Notes: a model not told the origin generated them from the sequence alone. Counted from the stretch's first letter, positions 1-13,879 are shown. The stretch: 64,000 nt of DNA from Eledone cirrhosa (GCA_964016885.1 OZ024741.1:74834001-74898000), one strand, 5' to 3'. Translations and numbers: made by a program.

Positions 1-173
1 ATCTTTCCATCTCTCTATTTTGTTCCATGCATTTCTTCTTTTTCTTCGTTTATTTTCTTTCTTTCCTTTTTTCTCTCTTTCTTTCTTTCTGTTTACAATT
101 TTTTCACTGCCAAATCAACTTTTCAAATACAAGTCGATGTTGAACGGTATGTCAAATCTATTTATCTATATTG

Positions 174-239
174 TATTTTATCTGAGGAAGGCATAGCATA
201 TTGTTGATATGATATCCCTGAAATATATATAATGAAATA
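174..239 (+). ncRNA. Type I hammerhead ribozyme motif (probable PLE pLTR remnant)
   Basis: CTGAGGA core 182-188; stem II AGG-C-ATA-G-CATAT[TGTTG]ATATG-A-TAT-C-CCT; GAAA 220-223; palindromic stem III ATATATAT; H17=A231; 8-bp stem I TATTTTAT/ATGAAATA. Confidence 0.7.
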
Positions 240-367
240 AATATGGTTTTATAAATATAGTTTCCATGTATTTAATATCGTAAATATACTCCAAATACTT
301 GTCGAGTGCTTTTATATCAGTTATAAATATTTACTAGTTGTAACCCAACAATTTAAATATAACTTTC

Positions 368-760
368 CATATATATAAATATATATATCAATATAAATAT
401 ATCAATATAAATATATATAAATATATATATCAATATAAATATATCAATATAAATATATATAAATATATATATCAATATAAATATATCAATATAAATATAT
501 ATAAATATATATATCAATATAAATATATCAATATAAATATATATAAATATATATATCAATATAAATATATCAATATAAATATATATATCAATATATATAT
601 CAATATAAATATATCAATATAAATATATATATCAATATATATATCAATATAAATATATCAATATATATAAATATATAAATATATATAAATATATAAATAT
701 ATATAAATATATATATATATATAAATATATATAAATATATAAATATATATAAATATATAA

Positions 761-791
<31 letters not shown>

Positions 792-932
792 AATATATAT
801 ATATAAATATATATATATAAATATATATATATAAATATAAATATATATATATAAATATATATATATAAATATATATATATAAATATATATATATAAATAT
901 ATATATATATAAATATATATATATAAATAAAT

Positions 933-967
<35 letters not shown>

Positions 968-1007
968 AATATATATATATAAATATATATATATAAATAT
1001 ATATATA

Positions 1008-1043
<36 letters not shown>

Positions 1044-1148
1044 AATATATATATATAAATATATATATAAATATATATATATAAATATATATATATATAA
1101 ATATATATATATAAATATATATAAATATATATATATATAAATATATAT
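368..1148. repeat. (TA)n microsatellite with AA/CAA variants; ~42-bp higher-order unit in the first part
   Basis: Repeated atatataaatatatatatcaatataaatatatcaatataa units, then (TA)nAA units. Confidence 0.95.
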
Positions 1149-1469
1149 GCGCGTGTGTGTGAATGTGCGTATATATATGTGTGTATATATGAATCTATGT
1201 ATGTTTATATGCGTATGTGTATTTTATCTGTAGATTATAAACATACAGAGACATTAGCCCTGAATTTTTTGTATTTACATACATTTTTTCGACATGCGTA
1301 TGCATGTGAACATATATTTTTATGCATATCTGTGAACGAAGTTACTTACATATATACACACACCTAACTGTATTTTATTGATATATTTTGTGTATTTCAT
1401 TGGTCAATTTGAACTCTGTTCCCAAACAGACCTGTAATTTTGAATTGTTGTTATTATCAATAAATATAT

Positions 1470-1622
1470 TTCATTATTTCTGAAGATGGCATATGTATGT
1501 GTTGGTATGTATATTATATTTGATAATTTGTATAATTTTGTATAATTTTGTACATAGATCTGTTGAATATGCATACCAATTCTAACACATATATGTCCTA
1601 GAAACGATCGTTAAATAATGAA
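1470..1622 (+). ncRNA. Type I hammerhead ribozyme motif with a very long stem II
   Basis: Perfect 10-bp stem I TTCATTATTT(1470-79)/AAATAATGAA(1613-22); CTGAAGA 1480-86; GAAA 1601-04; palindromic stem III ACGATCGT; GUU cleavage triplet; ~114-nt imperfect stem II. Confidence 0.8.
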
Positions 1623-1819
1623 CTTTTTTTGTTTAATATAAGGAACTGTTTCATTGTTTTATTCATTATTTTTTTAACATTTTATCTTGACTCTGTATTC
1701 CGTTTATCTTTCACCGAAAGTGATTTTTGAATGCATCTCTTCTTTCCATGATATCCGGATTATATTGAGCTCTTCATACGGATTGGACACTACCGTAAAC
1801 TCTTGGTAGATTTATCTAC

Positions 1820-1852
<33 letters not shown>

Positions 1853-2052
1853 TGGGGAGGGTCATATTTGCGTAATATTGCCAGAATTAATAACAGAACA
1901 CACTCACTGTTTGGTTGGTTTTCGCTTCTCGCTGTCTTTTATATATATATATCTGCGATCTGGCTTACTCGGTCCTCAATGTTGCCATTGACTGACCGGC
2001 GGTCAAAAATAGTACAGATACAATATAGACAAACACATATATATATAGTTTA

Positions 2053-2090
2053 CATAAATCTTTCGTTGCACATCTGCAACATCGTCAGTG
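2053..2090 (-). ncRNA. Minimal hammerhead motif in family-1 pLTR
   Basis: CA-CTGACGA-T-GTTGCA[GATG]TGCAAC-GAAA-GATTTA-TG; stem III AGAUUU is self-complementary with G-U pairs; stem I only 2 bp. Confidence 0.65.
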
Positions 2091-2365
2091 GTGTTATATT
2101 CATTGTTCCTCCTGTTGTGTTGTATGTCTACGCCATTTTTTTTGTTCAGTCTGTCTATATATTTATTTATTTATTTGCTTGTTTGTTTATCTTATTTTAT
2201 TTTGTCTTCTTTGCGCATGCGTTTGCGTGTGTGTATAGTGTTATGTGTGATGTGTGATGTGTGACTAGTGTGTATAGTGTTGTCTGCTGGGTGACTAGTG
2301 TGTGTTTATGTGCTTGTGTATGTATTTATTTATCTTATTTTATTTTATTTAATTTACTTATTTAT

Positions 2366-2747
2366 TTATACTTCTCTTAGGTCAGTGTTGTTTGTTTGGG
2401 TGTTGTTGTTGTTCCACTCATTCTTTCTGTTTAGCTTTGGTCTTCTAATTTCTATTTCACTGGCCTCTCTGATTTGCCTATCTGCTGGGTCATTCCTATG
2501 TTTAGATATTATTCTAATTTCTATGTTGTCTATGTTACCGTCATGATGTTGTCTAGCATGTTCGTATAGTACTGACCCGTTTTTTCGTCCTTTTAGTTCC
2601 CCCCAGTGTTGGTCTATCCTTTCACCTATGCTACGAGCTGTCTCACCTATGTATGTTGTTGTCGTGTTTCTGCAAGTACCCTCTGTACATCTTATGCTAT
2701 AGACTACGTTTCTAGTTTTACAGTTTATCCGGGGGTTCACCTTACAA
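2366..2747 (-). pseudogene. Truncated GIY-YIG endonuclease domain of PLE family 1
   Basis: [12 protein letters not shown]...YIGETARS...REASEI...PKLN, matching the C-terminus of the 1210-aa ORF. Confidence 0.9.
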
Positions 2748-2889
2748 ATATATATATATATATAAATCCGTGTTTCTGCAAGTACCCTCTGTACATCTTA
2801 TGCTATAGACTACGTTTCTAGTTTTACAGTTTATCCGGGGGTTCACCTTACAAATATATATATATATATAAATCCGGGGGTTCACCTTA

Positions 2890-4364
<1,475 letters not shown>

Positions 4365-4528
4365 AATTCGTATTCGCCTCATTCGGGAAACCTCTGGTAA
4401 CGACGTAATTATATTGTATTGATTTTTATACATTATATATATATATATATATATAGAAAAAGAGATGAAATCGAAAATGCAACTGGAGTCTTATTTTTTT
4501 AAAAAAATTTATATATTTATTTGGTTCC

Positions 4529-4560
4529 TTTACCGGTTTCGCAGTTCTTCTGCTTTTCAA

Positions 4561-4562
<2 letters not shown>
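4529..4562 (-). ncRNA. Minimal hammerhead motif with U3-A8 core variant (pLTR fragment 4455-4565)
   Basis: TT-TTGAAAA-GCAG[AAGAA]CTGC-GAAA-CCGG-TA-AA; palindromic stem III ACCGGT; GUA triplet. Confidence 0.55.
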
Positions 4563-4564
<2 letters not shown>

Positions 4565-4631
<67 letters not shown>

Positions 4632-4677
4632 AATATATATATATAAATATATATATAAATATATATAAATATATATT

Positions 4678-4741
<64 letters not shown>

Positions 4742-4785
4742 TATATATATATATATTTATATATATATATATTTATATATATATA

Positions 4786-4848
<63 letters not shown>

Positions 4849-4868
4849 TTATATAAATATATATATAT
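4565..4868. repeat. (TA)n array whose variant polarity flips (TAAATA then TATTTA) near 4675
   Basis: Direct reading. Confidence 0.85.
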
Positions 4869-4872
4869 ACCT

Positions 4873-6363
4873 TCTGATGCCCTCTTCCTTGTGAGGCAGT
4901 TACAGGAAAAGTACCTAGCTAAAAGGAAGCCACTCTACCTGGCATTTGTCGATCTTGAGAAAGCCTTTGACAGAGTTCCACGTGCTATAATCTGGTGGGC
5001 TCTTAGAAAACTAGGAGTAGATGAATGGCTTGTGAAAGCGGTACAAGCCATGTATAGGGGAGCAGTCAGCAAAGTTAGGATTAGCAATGAGTATAGCGAG
5101 GAATTTAGCGTACAGGTTGGAGTCCACCAGGGCTCTGTTCTTAGCCCCCTCCTGTTCATCATATTCCTGCAGGCAATAACAGAGGAGTTTAAACCGGATG
5201 CCCATGGGAACTCCTGTATGCTGATGACCTCGCACTTATAGATGAATCTATGGTAGAACTAGAGAAGAAATTCCAAACTTGGAAGCCATGACTAGAAAGA
5301 AAGGGAAATGGCCTCAGGGAAATGGCCTTGCTCAGTATGTAGGAAAGGTGTAGGTAGGAACTCCATTCTCTGCCCCAAATGCAAACAATGGGTACACAAG
5401 AGATGTAGCAGGATCTCAGGAAGCTGAATTATGAATGTAGGCTTCACATGCAGCAGCTGTGCTGGGACAGCAAGCAGCAAACAGCTACAGGAAACAAGTA
5501 CCACCAATCTTTGGGAGGGCTCTGTAGAAACAGTAGACAGCTTCTGCTACCTAGGTGACCGAATTAGCAGCTGAGGTGGGTGTTCAGAAAGTACAATAAC
5601 TAGGGTAAGAACTGGATGGAAGAAGTTTAGGGAACTACTACCACTGCTAGCTGCAAAAGGCTTCTCCCTCATAATGAAAGGCAGACTGTATGATGCGTGT
5701 ATCCGAACAGGGATGTTACATGGTAGTGAGACCTGGGCGCTGAAGGTGGAAGACTTACGTAGATTAGAAAAAAACCAAGCCTGCATTCTCCGATGGCTGT
5801 GTAATATACGCGAACGGCAAAGCATAAATGATTTGAGAGAGAGACTGAGCATAAGAGGAATCAAATGCTGTGTGCAGGAGAGGCGGTTGCATTGGTATGG
5901 ACATGTGATGCATATGAAGGATGACAGCTGCATAAAAATGTGCAGAGCACTAGAAGTCGATGGAAACCGCGGAGTGGGGAAACCCAAGATGACCTGGGAT
6001 GAGGTGATAAAAGCCAACTTTACCCAATTACACCTCTCAAAAGCGATGACACTCGACCGTGACCTCTGGTGTCACGCATTGATACAGAGTACCCGACTTC
6101 CCATGGGTACAAGCTGAAGCATATAGACAATATGCCCCTACACCCCCCACTGCAAGGTGGTCGTGGAGGTGACACGGCAAAAAAGCACCCAGCCCACACT
6201 GTAAATGAGGTTGGTGTTAGGAAGGGCATCCAGCTGTAGAAATCAAGCCAAATCAGTTCCTGTATGAGCAAGGCTTGGTCAGCCGACCAGACACTGCCCA
6301 CAACAGAACAACCCGTCTAACCCATGCTAGCGTGGAAGAACGGACGTGTGATGATGATGATGA
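4873..6363 (+). mobile_element. 5'-truncated, decayed RTE-clade LINE (family A)
   Basis: [25 protein letters not shown], frameshifted YADD, C-terminal RLHWYGHV; 3' UTR ending in (GAT)n; homologous to the 3' half of 32183-35370. Confidence 0.93.
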
Positions 6364-7051
6364 TATGTATATATGTATGTATGTATATATATATATATAA
6401 ATCTACATACATACATGCATACATACATACATATATAAATCTACATACATACATACATACATTTTGCATTTTCGCAATATTATACACAACTGAATTCATT
6501 CGCCTAATTTAGGTGTTGCCTCTCTTGCTGAACCCCATGTGGGGTCAGTTACAGACACATCTATGTGGTCTTTAGAACTGAATCCCGTTGATAACGCGCA
6601 CTCCTAGTTCAGTCAGGATACGATAAACTTAACATCCTTTATGTAAGTGGACAGTAAATGACTTATGGAGCCGCAGAAACCCCAACACTGGACTTTACCA
6701 TCATTCCAGTGATCCAGTGAGTATAAAACATTTATGCTTTCATATATTTTTATATCTGTATATCTGTTTGACCCGAAATAGGAGATCGAATCTTCGCTGT
6801 GTGGATAATTAGTTTAACTACCATCTCAGTGTGTTTGGCCTTTAACGTAAGTTGTAAGCTCTAATTCTTTTGAATTATTGAGCGCTTGCCTCACAATTCG
6901 AAAGTGTTTTTTCATTATTTCATAGGCTGAAATTCGATTCTCGCTAATTTTTACTTACATACATACATATATATATATACATACATATATATATAAATCT
7001 ACATACATACATACATATATAAATCTACATACATACATACATATATAAATC

Positions 7052-7085
<34 letters not shown>

Positions 7086-7105
7086 CATATATAAATCTAC
7101 GTACA

Positions 7106-7141
<36 letters not shown>

Positions 7142-7142
7142 T

Positions 7143-7752
7143 ATGGTGGCTGCCAACTCTTTTTTGAGTACGGCCGCTACTTTATATCCATGTAGGAGAA
7201 CCCCTACTGATGCGCTGAATGAATGTGACTTTTTAGTCCAGCCAGCGACTTGAAAACTCTGGTACAAACACTACACTTGTGACAATTATTGACACATAGT
7301 GCTGGGCCCATGGTACCATGTGATGACAAGTGCAGAGAGATCTCCAGATATAAAGCAATGCCTGTGCCGTGAAGCTTTTATAGTGAGAAAAGGCACTGCA
7401 CAAAGCTAGTCCCACTCTCTTAACCAAGATGATATTTACCAAAAAGAAGAACAAGTCAACATCATTGGATACCATCAGGGTTGCAGGTGTTATATCAGAG
7501 TTTTCCTTCTCCTAGAATTCTGCCTTGACAAAGGCTAAGGGGTCATCTCTCCTGGTAATTTTGGATGGCCATTGACTCTTACGAGCTCCTTTGCCCTTTG
7601 ACAGGTTTTGTTTTTAGTCCTGCAGGATGTCCAAAGTCACCCTCCTCACCAAGAAACCTTCGTGGGGTTGCCAGTTTAGTCGCCAACGACCCGACCATGA
7701 GACAGGTTGTACTGGGATACATGTTACCAGTAGCACCAACTGGTGACCTGAC
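7143..7752 (-). mobile_element. Bipartite non-autonomous RTE derivative (5' UTR joined to C2H2-coding 3' end), copy 1
   Basis: RTE 5'-UTR-type motif TAGGAGAAGGAAAACTCTGA; 3' part reads CSVCTRVFKSLAGLKSHI; ends GGCAGCCACCAT like the RTE at 28704; second copy at 19139. Confidence 0.75.
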
Positions 7753-7837
7753 ATAAATATATATATATACATACATACATATATATATATATGTGTATGT
7801 AGATTTATATATATGTATATATATGTGTATGTAGATT

Positions 7838-7868
<31 letters not shown>

Positions 7869-8137
7869 ATGTAGATTTATATATATATATATATGTATGT
7901 ATATTTATATATATGCATGTAGATTTATATATATATATATAAATCTACATACATACATACATTTACGTATGTATATAGCTATGCATTTATACATTTGTAT
8001 ATATACATGCATTTATATCTAAGTGTGTAAGGATGTTGATATGATCTATGTCTTCTTTTTTTGGTAAGGAGAACATTTTTGTCGTCAGATTTTATTACCT
8101 AGGGAGTTTAAATACCACACTTCTGGCTGAAAGTTGA

Positions 8138-8570
8138 CCAGGTTCTCAACTTCATCAAACATTAACGCCGGCCTGTATGTGTATATATATGTGTGTGTGT
8201 GTGTGTGTGTATTTATGTGTATATATATGTGTGTGTATGTATATGTGTGTATGTTCACCACCATTGCTTCTTCTTGTCATTTCTGTTGAAATAGTCCTTT
8301 CTTTTATTCCCTTTGATTTCTTTTGATTTTCTTTTATCTCCCTAGGTAATTTGTTGACAAGCTTCTTTAATTTATTTTCTTTGTTTTCTTCATTCAAATC
8401 ACTGACTGTCTCTTAGACGTACAAATATGACTTATAAAACTTACCAAACTAAAAGGGCTTCTAGTGCCCTGAAAGTTTCAATTGCCCCCTTACTGCATAA
8501 TGCCCCCCTAACTGCATAACGCCCCTCTGGGGCTACGAAACATATATATGCCCCCCGTTGAGAACCTTTA
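8138..8570. mobile_element. Degenerate hAT-like MITE
   Basis: caggttctcaac at the left end; gccccccgttgagaacc at the right end; subterminal gcccc(c)ta-ctgcataa repeats. Confidence 0.4.
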
Positions 8571-8924
8571 GTTTAGATGGCTGGATGCTCTTCCTAATGT
8601 CAACCATTTTACGGAGTAAACTGCTTGCATTCTATCATCACATCAGCACTAGTGAGGTTGTCACATCCTAGACAAGATGCGAGAGACCCCACCCCTAACA
8701 TACGTTGACTATATACCATGAAAAACAATTGCATCTCATGGGAGGTTCGTTATGTGTTTTAATGATAGGGTCCCTATCTTTTCATATTTCAGCTCATATC
8801 TATGTCAGCTTAGGTGACCTCCCATGATGTTGCAGCTCATTAGCAGATTCGTGTGTGTTTTAATGATAGGGCTCCAGTCCTAACATGAAAACCCACATAA
8901 AAAGAAGTGATGAAAATAGCTGAT

Positions 8925-9508
8925 GTTAACCCTTTTGTTACAATATTTCTAATGAAAGACACTGCCTATGGTTTTCAAATAATTTTGAAAACAATAAATC
9001 TGGGAGGAACATAGTAATACAACTGATTTTTTCATTATGAAGCATAGAAAATGGACATTAAACGATGATGATTATGATGAAGCATAATAATATTTGCAGC
9101 ATAACTTAACACAGTTTCTTACATAAAATTATTATGTAAGGTTTTTAGATATATAAACGCTTTTACTATTTTGTTACCATATTTCTAATGAAAGTCACTA
9201 CCTTGTTTTCAAATTTTAAAAACAATAAAAACATATGGAGGAATTTAGCAATATAAATGACTTTCTCATTATTAAGCTGGTCTTTGCAGCATAGCTTAAC
9301 ACAGTTAATGAAAGACATGGCCTATGATTTTGAAAACAATTTTTTAAATAATCAAGTGTTTTTTTGTAATTTAGTAATGTAACTAAATTTCTTATTATTC
9401 ATAAAATTATGATTGAAGGTTTTTCATAATTATATACATTTTAAAATTAATAGCTTTGTATCATAGAACAAGGGGCCAGTTTATGTGGGTTGGTATCTAA
9501 AGAGTTAA
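8925..9508. mobile_element. piggyBac-like MITE family (TTAACCCTT...AAGGGTTAA ends); further copies at ~24830-25085, 39400-40535, 43040-43436, 45140-45665, 48210-48410 and 50340-50720
   Basis: Recurrent ttaaccctt(t)gttac-atattt...ttttgaaaataat...ggagggatttagtaa... body with TTAA-bounded CCC/GGG ends. Confidence 0.55.
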
Positions 9509-9877
9509 TTATGATGAAAAAGATGATGGGAGCCAAATGACAAATAATCTTTTTTTGTTTTCATTACTATTTTGTCATGTAGAGAAAAGCAGTGCTCATG
9601 ATTAGCAGGAGGGGGAAATTGAACCCAGAACACACAGAGCTGCAACAGATACCACAAAGCAGCTCGTCTAATACTTTAACAATTCTGCCAATCTACAACC
9701 CTTAGACTGTAACTTTATTTAATGATCTTGGTAGAGTGAATGGCAAAGTTGACCTCAACGGAATTTGAACTCAGAGAGCAGACACCTAGAACAATCCTCT
9801 TAATGATTACCAATATATATCTTAATCTCCTTCAAATCACAACACTTTTGTTTTAAAAAATAAAGGATACTTTAGAT

Positions 9878-10639
9878 TGGGTTTAGGAGTTTATGAGATC
9901 ATCAAAGTATTCTCTCCACCCCATGAGGATGCACCTCTCTGAAGAGAGGAGAAACCCAGATGCGTTCTTCATAGCAGGTGTGGAGGAGGGCTTCTTATTA
10001 CGAAGTCGGCAGATGGTCTGCCAGAACACTTTATTTGCTGATCTGAAGTTGGATTCCAGCTTAACCCCAAAGTGCTCCAATGTTATAACTTTGGACGCCT
10101 TAATTATCTCTGCTGTGACTCTTCATGCCTGCTTGTACCACAAGTGCAAGAAGGAGGACTTATTTCCAAGCCAAGCTTTGTAGCTCTCTTTCTTTGCTCG
10201 GATAGCATCTTTGACCTTTTGATTGAATCAAGGGGTCCTCCTGCCATCTGGTGCCACACCAAGACTCTTTTGCCTGCAACATTTAACAGCTGAAGCAGAA
10301 ACATTACTCAATAAAATCTGTAGCTCAGAGATTAGAGAGTCACTCCAGGTCGAGCCGCTACATCTCTGAATTGAGAGATCACAGCTCTGAAACTATGGAC
10401 AAGTGGTTAGAATGTCACAGGAAAGAATCGCTGGACAGATTTTACGGGCAAAACCACCTAGCAGGAGATCCAGAGGTAGACCCCGAGCAAGATGGTTGGA
10501 TAACATCTATGAGCTTGGTTAGTCTCGCTTGGGAATTCAGCTTGACTACTTGGAGATGGTTGCTTCTGACAGGACCCTCTGTAAGGAGTGTCTGAGTACT
10601 CTGCTCCACAACCCTCTCAGGAATAATTGGCTGAAGAAG
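9878..10639. mobile_element. RTE-clade LINE insertion with 5' inversion and 15-bp TSD
   Basis: Minus-strand pre-RT segment (FGVKLESNFRSANKVFWQTICRLR) joined to plus-strand C-terminus (RRSRGRPRARWLDNI) and (GAA)n tail; aaggatactttagat at 9863-9877 and 10640-10654. Confidence 0.8.
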
Positions 10640-10701
10640 AAGGATACTTTAGATAAGGTAGTCCAGGATACACTATTTCTAATAAGAAAAAATATCTATA
10701 T

Positions 10702-11275
10702 CAGAGGCCCCCAAAGTGGTTGATATCAACCCCCTAACAGGTTGATTGAACTTTTGGGCAAAACCTTATGTTTGGCGAAAAAAATAAAAATACATAAAAT
10801 AGAATACATACACATCACTTAAACAGATTTCTGATTTAGATACAATTTGCCTTTATTGCTTATTTATTTTACATTCTGTTTACTAATTTATTTATCTTTT
10901 CATATTCATACATGTCTGGATTTAATGAACGGGGCTCAAGATTGCATGAATGGGTTGACAGTCTAAAACTTTTGGATGTCGTTGATCTAATTTGTCTATC
11001 TACACATATTTATTCCATATTCTGTTTACCTATTTACTTATTTATGTTTCTAGATCTATAGGGATTAATGATGGGTCAAGGATTCGATGAAGGTCTAAAA
11101 ACTTCTGGGCTCCCTGATCTAATCTGTTTCTTTCTACACATATTTCTTTAATATTTTGTTTACTGATTTATTTAGTTGCATATTTACGTTTGTACATGTC
11201 TGTAGCTGATGAGGGATCCAGAATTCCATGAACCCTCCCCCAATCTCCAATGGTCTAAAACGTTTGAGGTTCTCT
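10702..11275. mobile_element. Degenerate hAT-like MITE with ~140-bp internal repeats
   Basis: cagaggcccccaaa...tttgaggttctctg ends; three related gtctaaaa..tt.tgg..tc..tgatcta units near 10960, 11092 and 11252. Confidence 0.4.
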
Positions 11276-12183
11276 GATCTAGATGGTAACAGCTGGAATA
11301 ACATTGCTCACAGGCAGGTCAAGGTGACTTAAGTTTAAAAAATAAGAGCAAACAAGCTGACAAGTAACAGAACAGCTATTCAATCTGCTAGTAATAACAG
11401 ACAAACCTCTTTCAAATCATACCCTACTATCTTTTAAATAAAAATTACAAAATGTACTCATAGACAAAAATAATGAGATGATGGTCATGCATAAATTGCA
11501 GCTGAAGAGTTATGTGACCAAACAACAAGAAATATAATAGCAATAGTGACAAAGACACTGATGATGATGATTAGAATTACTGGCCTTGTGCCGAAAGTAG
11601 AAACAATTACTACAAAATGTCCCCAGCACACTCTATATCATGGTTGGCATTAAGAAGAACATCCAACTTCAGAAACTATACTAAAACTGGAACATATGTA
11701 AGAACAACAGTAGATCCAATTAAGTACTGATTCGCCCTCTGATAGCCTGTCCAACCCATGCCAGCCTAGAAATAATTGACATGACAAAATGGTGATGATA
11801 AGAGCACCACTGTATTTCAGAAATAGTAAAGATACTGATAAAGAGAATATAGATGATGATGACGAAGATGATAACATGAGCATGTTTTCAGAAACACCAC
11901 TTTATATATTTATTTATTTCAAGTAATTAACTGTTCAGAAAAATGAATACGTTTTTAAAAATCAATCCAAAAAGAAAGACATGTGATCAGAACAACGTTC
12001 TATTACATATTACTGACATATCGAACAAATAATGTAAAATAGAAAATCATATCACACGTTCCGCCCCCAACATATCCAACCTTGTCAAAAGTGACATAAA
12101 AGATTCAAATAATGTGTGTGTATATGTGTGCACATATATATTACCATCATCATCATTTAACAGCTGCTTTCCTTGCTAGCAAG

Positions 12184-12184
<1 letters not shown>

Positions 12185-12282
<98 letters not shown>

Positions 12283-12359
12283 TATATATACACACACACA
12301 CATATATATATATACACACACACACATATATATATACACACACACACATATATATATAT

Positions 12360-12402
<43 letters not shown>

Positions 12403-12497
12403 TATATATATACACACACATATATATATATATACACACACATATATATATACACACACACACACATATATATATATACACACACACATATATATAT

Positions 12498-12540
<43 letters not shown>

Positions 12541-12920
12541 TATATATATATATACACACACATATATATACACACACACACATATATACACACACACACA
12601 TATATATATACACACATATATATATATACATACATATATATATACACACACACATATATATATATATATACACACATATATATATATATATACACACACA
12701 CACATATATATATATATACACAGACATATATATATATACAGACATATATATATACACACACATATATATATGTGTGTGTGTATATATATATATATGTGCG
12801 TGTGTATATATATATATATATATGTGCGTGTGTGTATATGTATATTATATATATATATATACACACACACACATATATATATACACACACATATATATAT
12901 GCACACATATATATATATAT

Positions 12921-12963
<43 letters not shown>

Positions 12964-12984
12964 TATATATATATATACACACAC

Positions 12985-13015
<31 letters not shown>

Positions 13016-13324
13016 TATATATATATATACACAGACATATATATATATATACACAGACATATATATATACACACACATATATATATGTGTGTGTGTGTAT
13101 ATATATATATATGTGCGTGTGTATATATATATATATATATATGTGCGTGTGTGTATATATATATTATATATATATATACACACACATATATATATATGCA
13201 CACACACACATATATATATACACACCCACACATATATATATACACACCCACACACATGTATATACACACACATATATATATACACACACACACACACATA
13301 TATATATCTATATATATATACATT

Positions 13325-13368
<44 letters not shown>

Positions 13369-13375
13369 CATATAT
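12185..13375. repeat. Compound (CA)n/(TA)n array with an internal ~300-bp duplication
   Basis: Direct reading; the cagacatat...gtgcgtgtg...tattatat block occurs twice. Confidence 0.92.
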
Positions 13376-13540
13376 GTAAATGTGGTTGGTGTTAGGAAGG
13401 GCATCCAACCGTAGAAAACATGCCAGATTGTCTTAAATGAGCGAGACACGGTCACCCGACCAACCTTGCCTCAAGTGGGACAACTATCGTCTAACCCATG
13501 CTAGCGTGGAAGATAGACGTTAAACGAAGATGATGATGAT
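13376..13540 (+). mobile_element. RTE/SINE-type 3' tail
   Basis: ggttggtgttaggaagggcatcc...ctaacccatgctagcgtggaa...gacgttaaacg(atg)n, shared with the family A 3' UTR. Confidence 0.8.
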
Positions 13541-13571
13541 ATATGAAACACTGAATCTGTTCCTTTATTCT

Positions 13572-13597
<26 letters not shown>

Positions 13598-13603
<6 letters not shown>

Positions 13604-13879
13604 ATTAGTCCTTCATCAGTGATCTTCCAACCTTCATTGGTATTTCATCGCTTTAAAAATCATATATCTCTGGTTGGTGCGAGCAATAACTAAATAAAGT
13701 TATTGGGACAAGTAAAATAGGGTGAAGCAAGCGATTACATGTCTCGCTCGCTTCACCCTATTTTACTTGTCCCAATAACTTTATTTAGTTATTGCTCTCA
13801 CCAACCAGAGGTATATGATTTTAAGGTGATGAAATACCAATGAAGGTTGGAAGATCACTGATGAAGGACTAATTTTATT
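13598..13879. repeat. Long inverted repeat (~137-bp arms, 9-nt spacer), probable fold-back pLTR
   Basis: Arms 13598-13734 and 13744-13879 are reverse complements with few mismatches; contains CTGATGA; embedded between (TA)n tracts. Confidence 0.9.

Noticed and set aside
1660-1815. Minus-strand IMERRDAFKNHFR resembling a GIY-YIG C-terminus next to the 1470 hammerhead
   Set aside because: Too short, stop-interrupted and opposite in strand to the ribozyme; not enough to call
6480-6950. Unique-looking insert between microsatellites with small hairpins and GAAA motifs
   Set aside because: No complete ribozyme core or coding motif could be assembled; possibly a pLTR relic
8155-8397. 80-aa Lys/Glu-rich ORF
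   Set aside because: Short, low complexity, runs into a microsatellite, no recognisable domain
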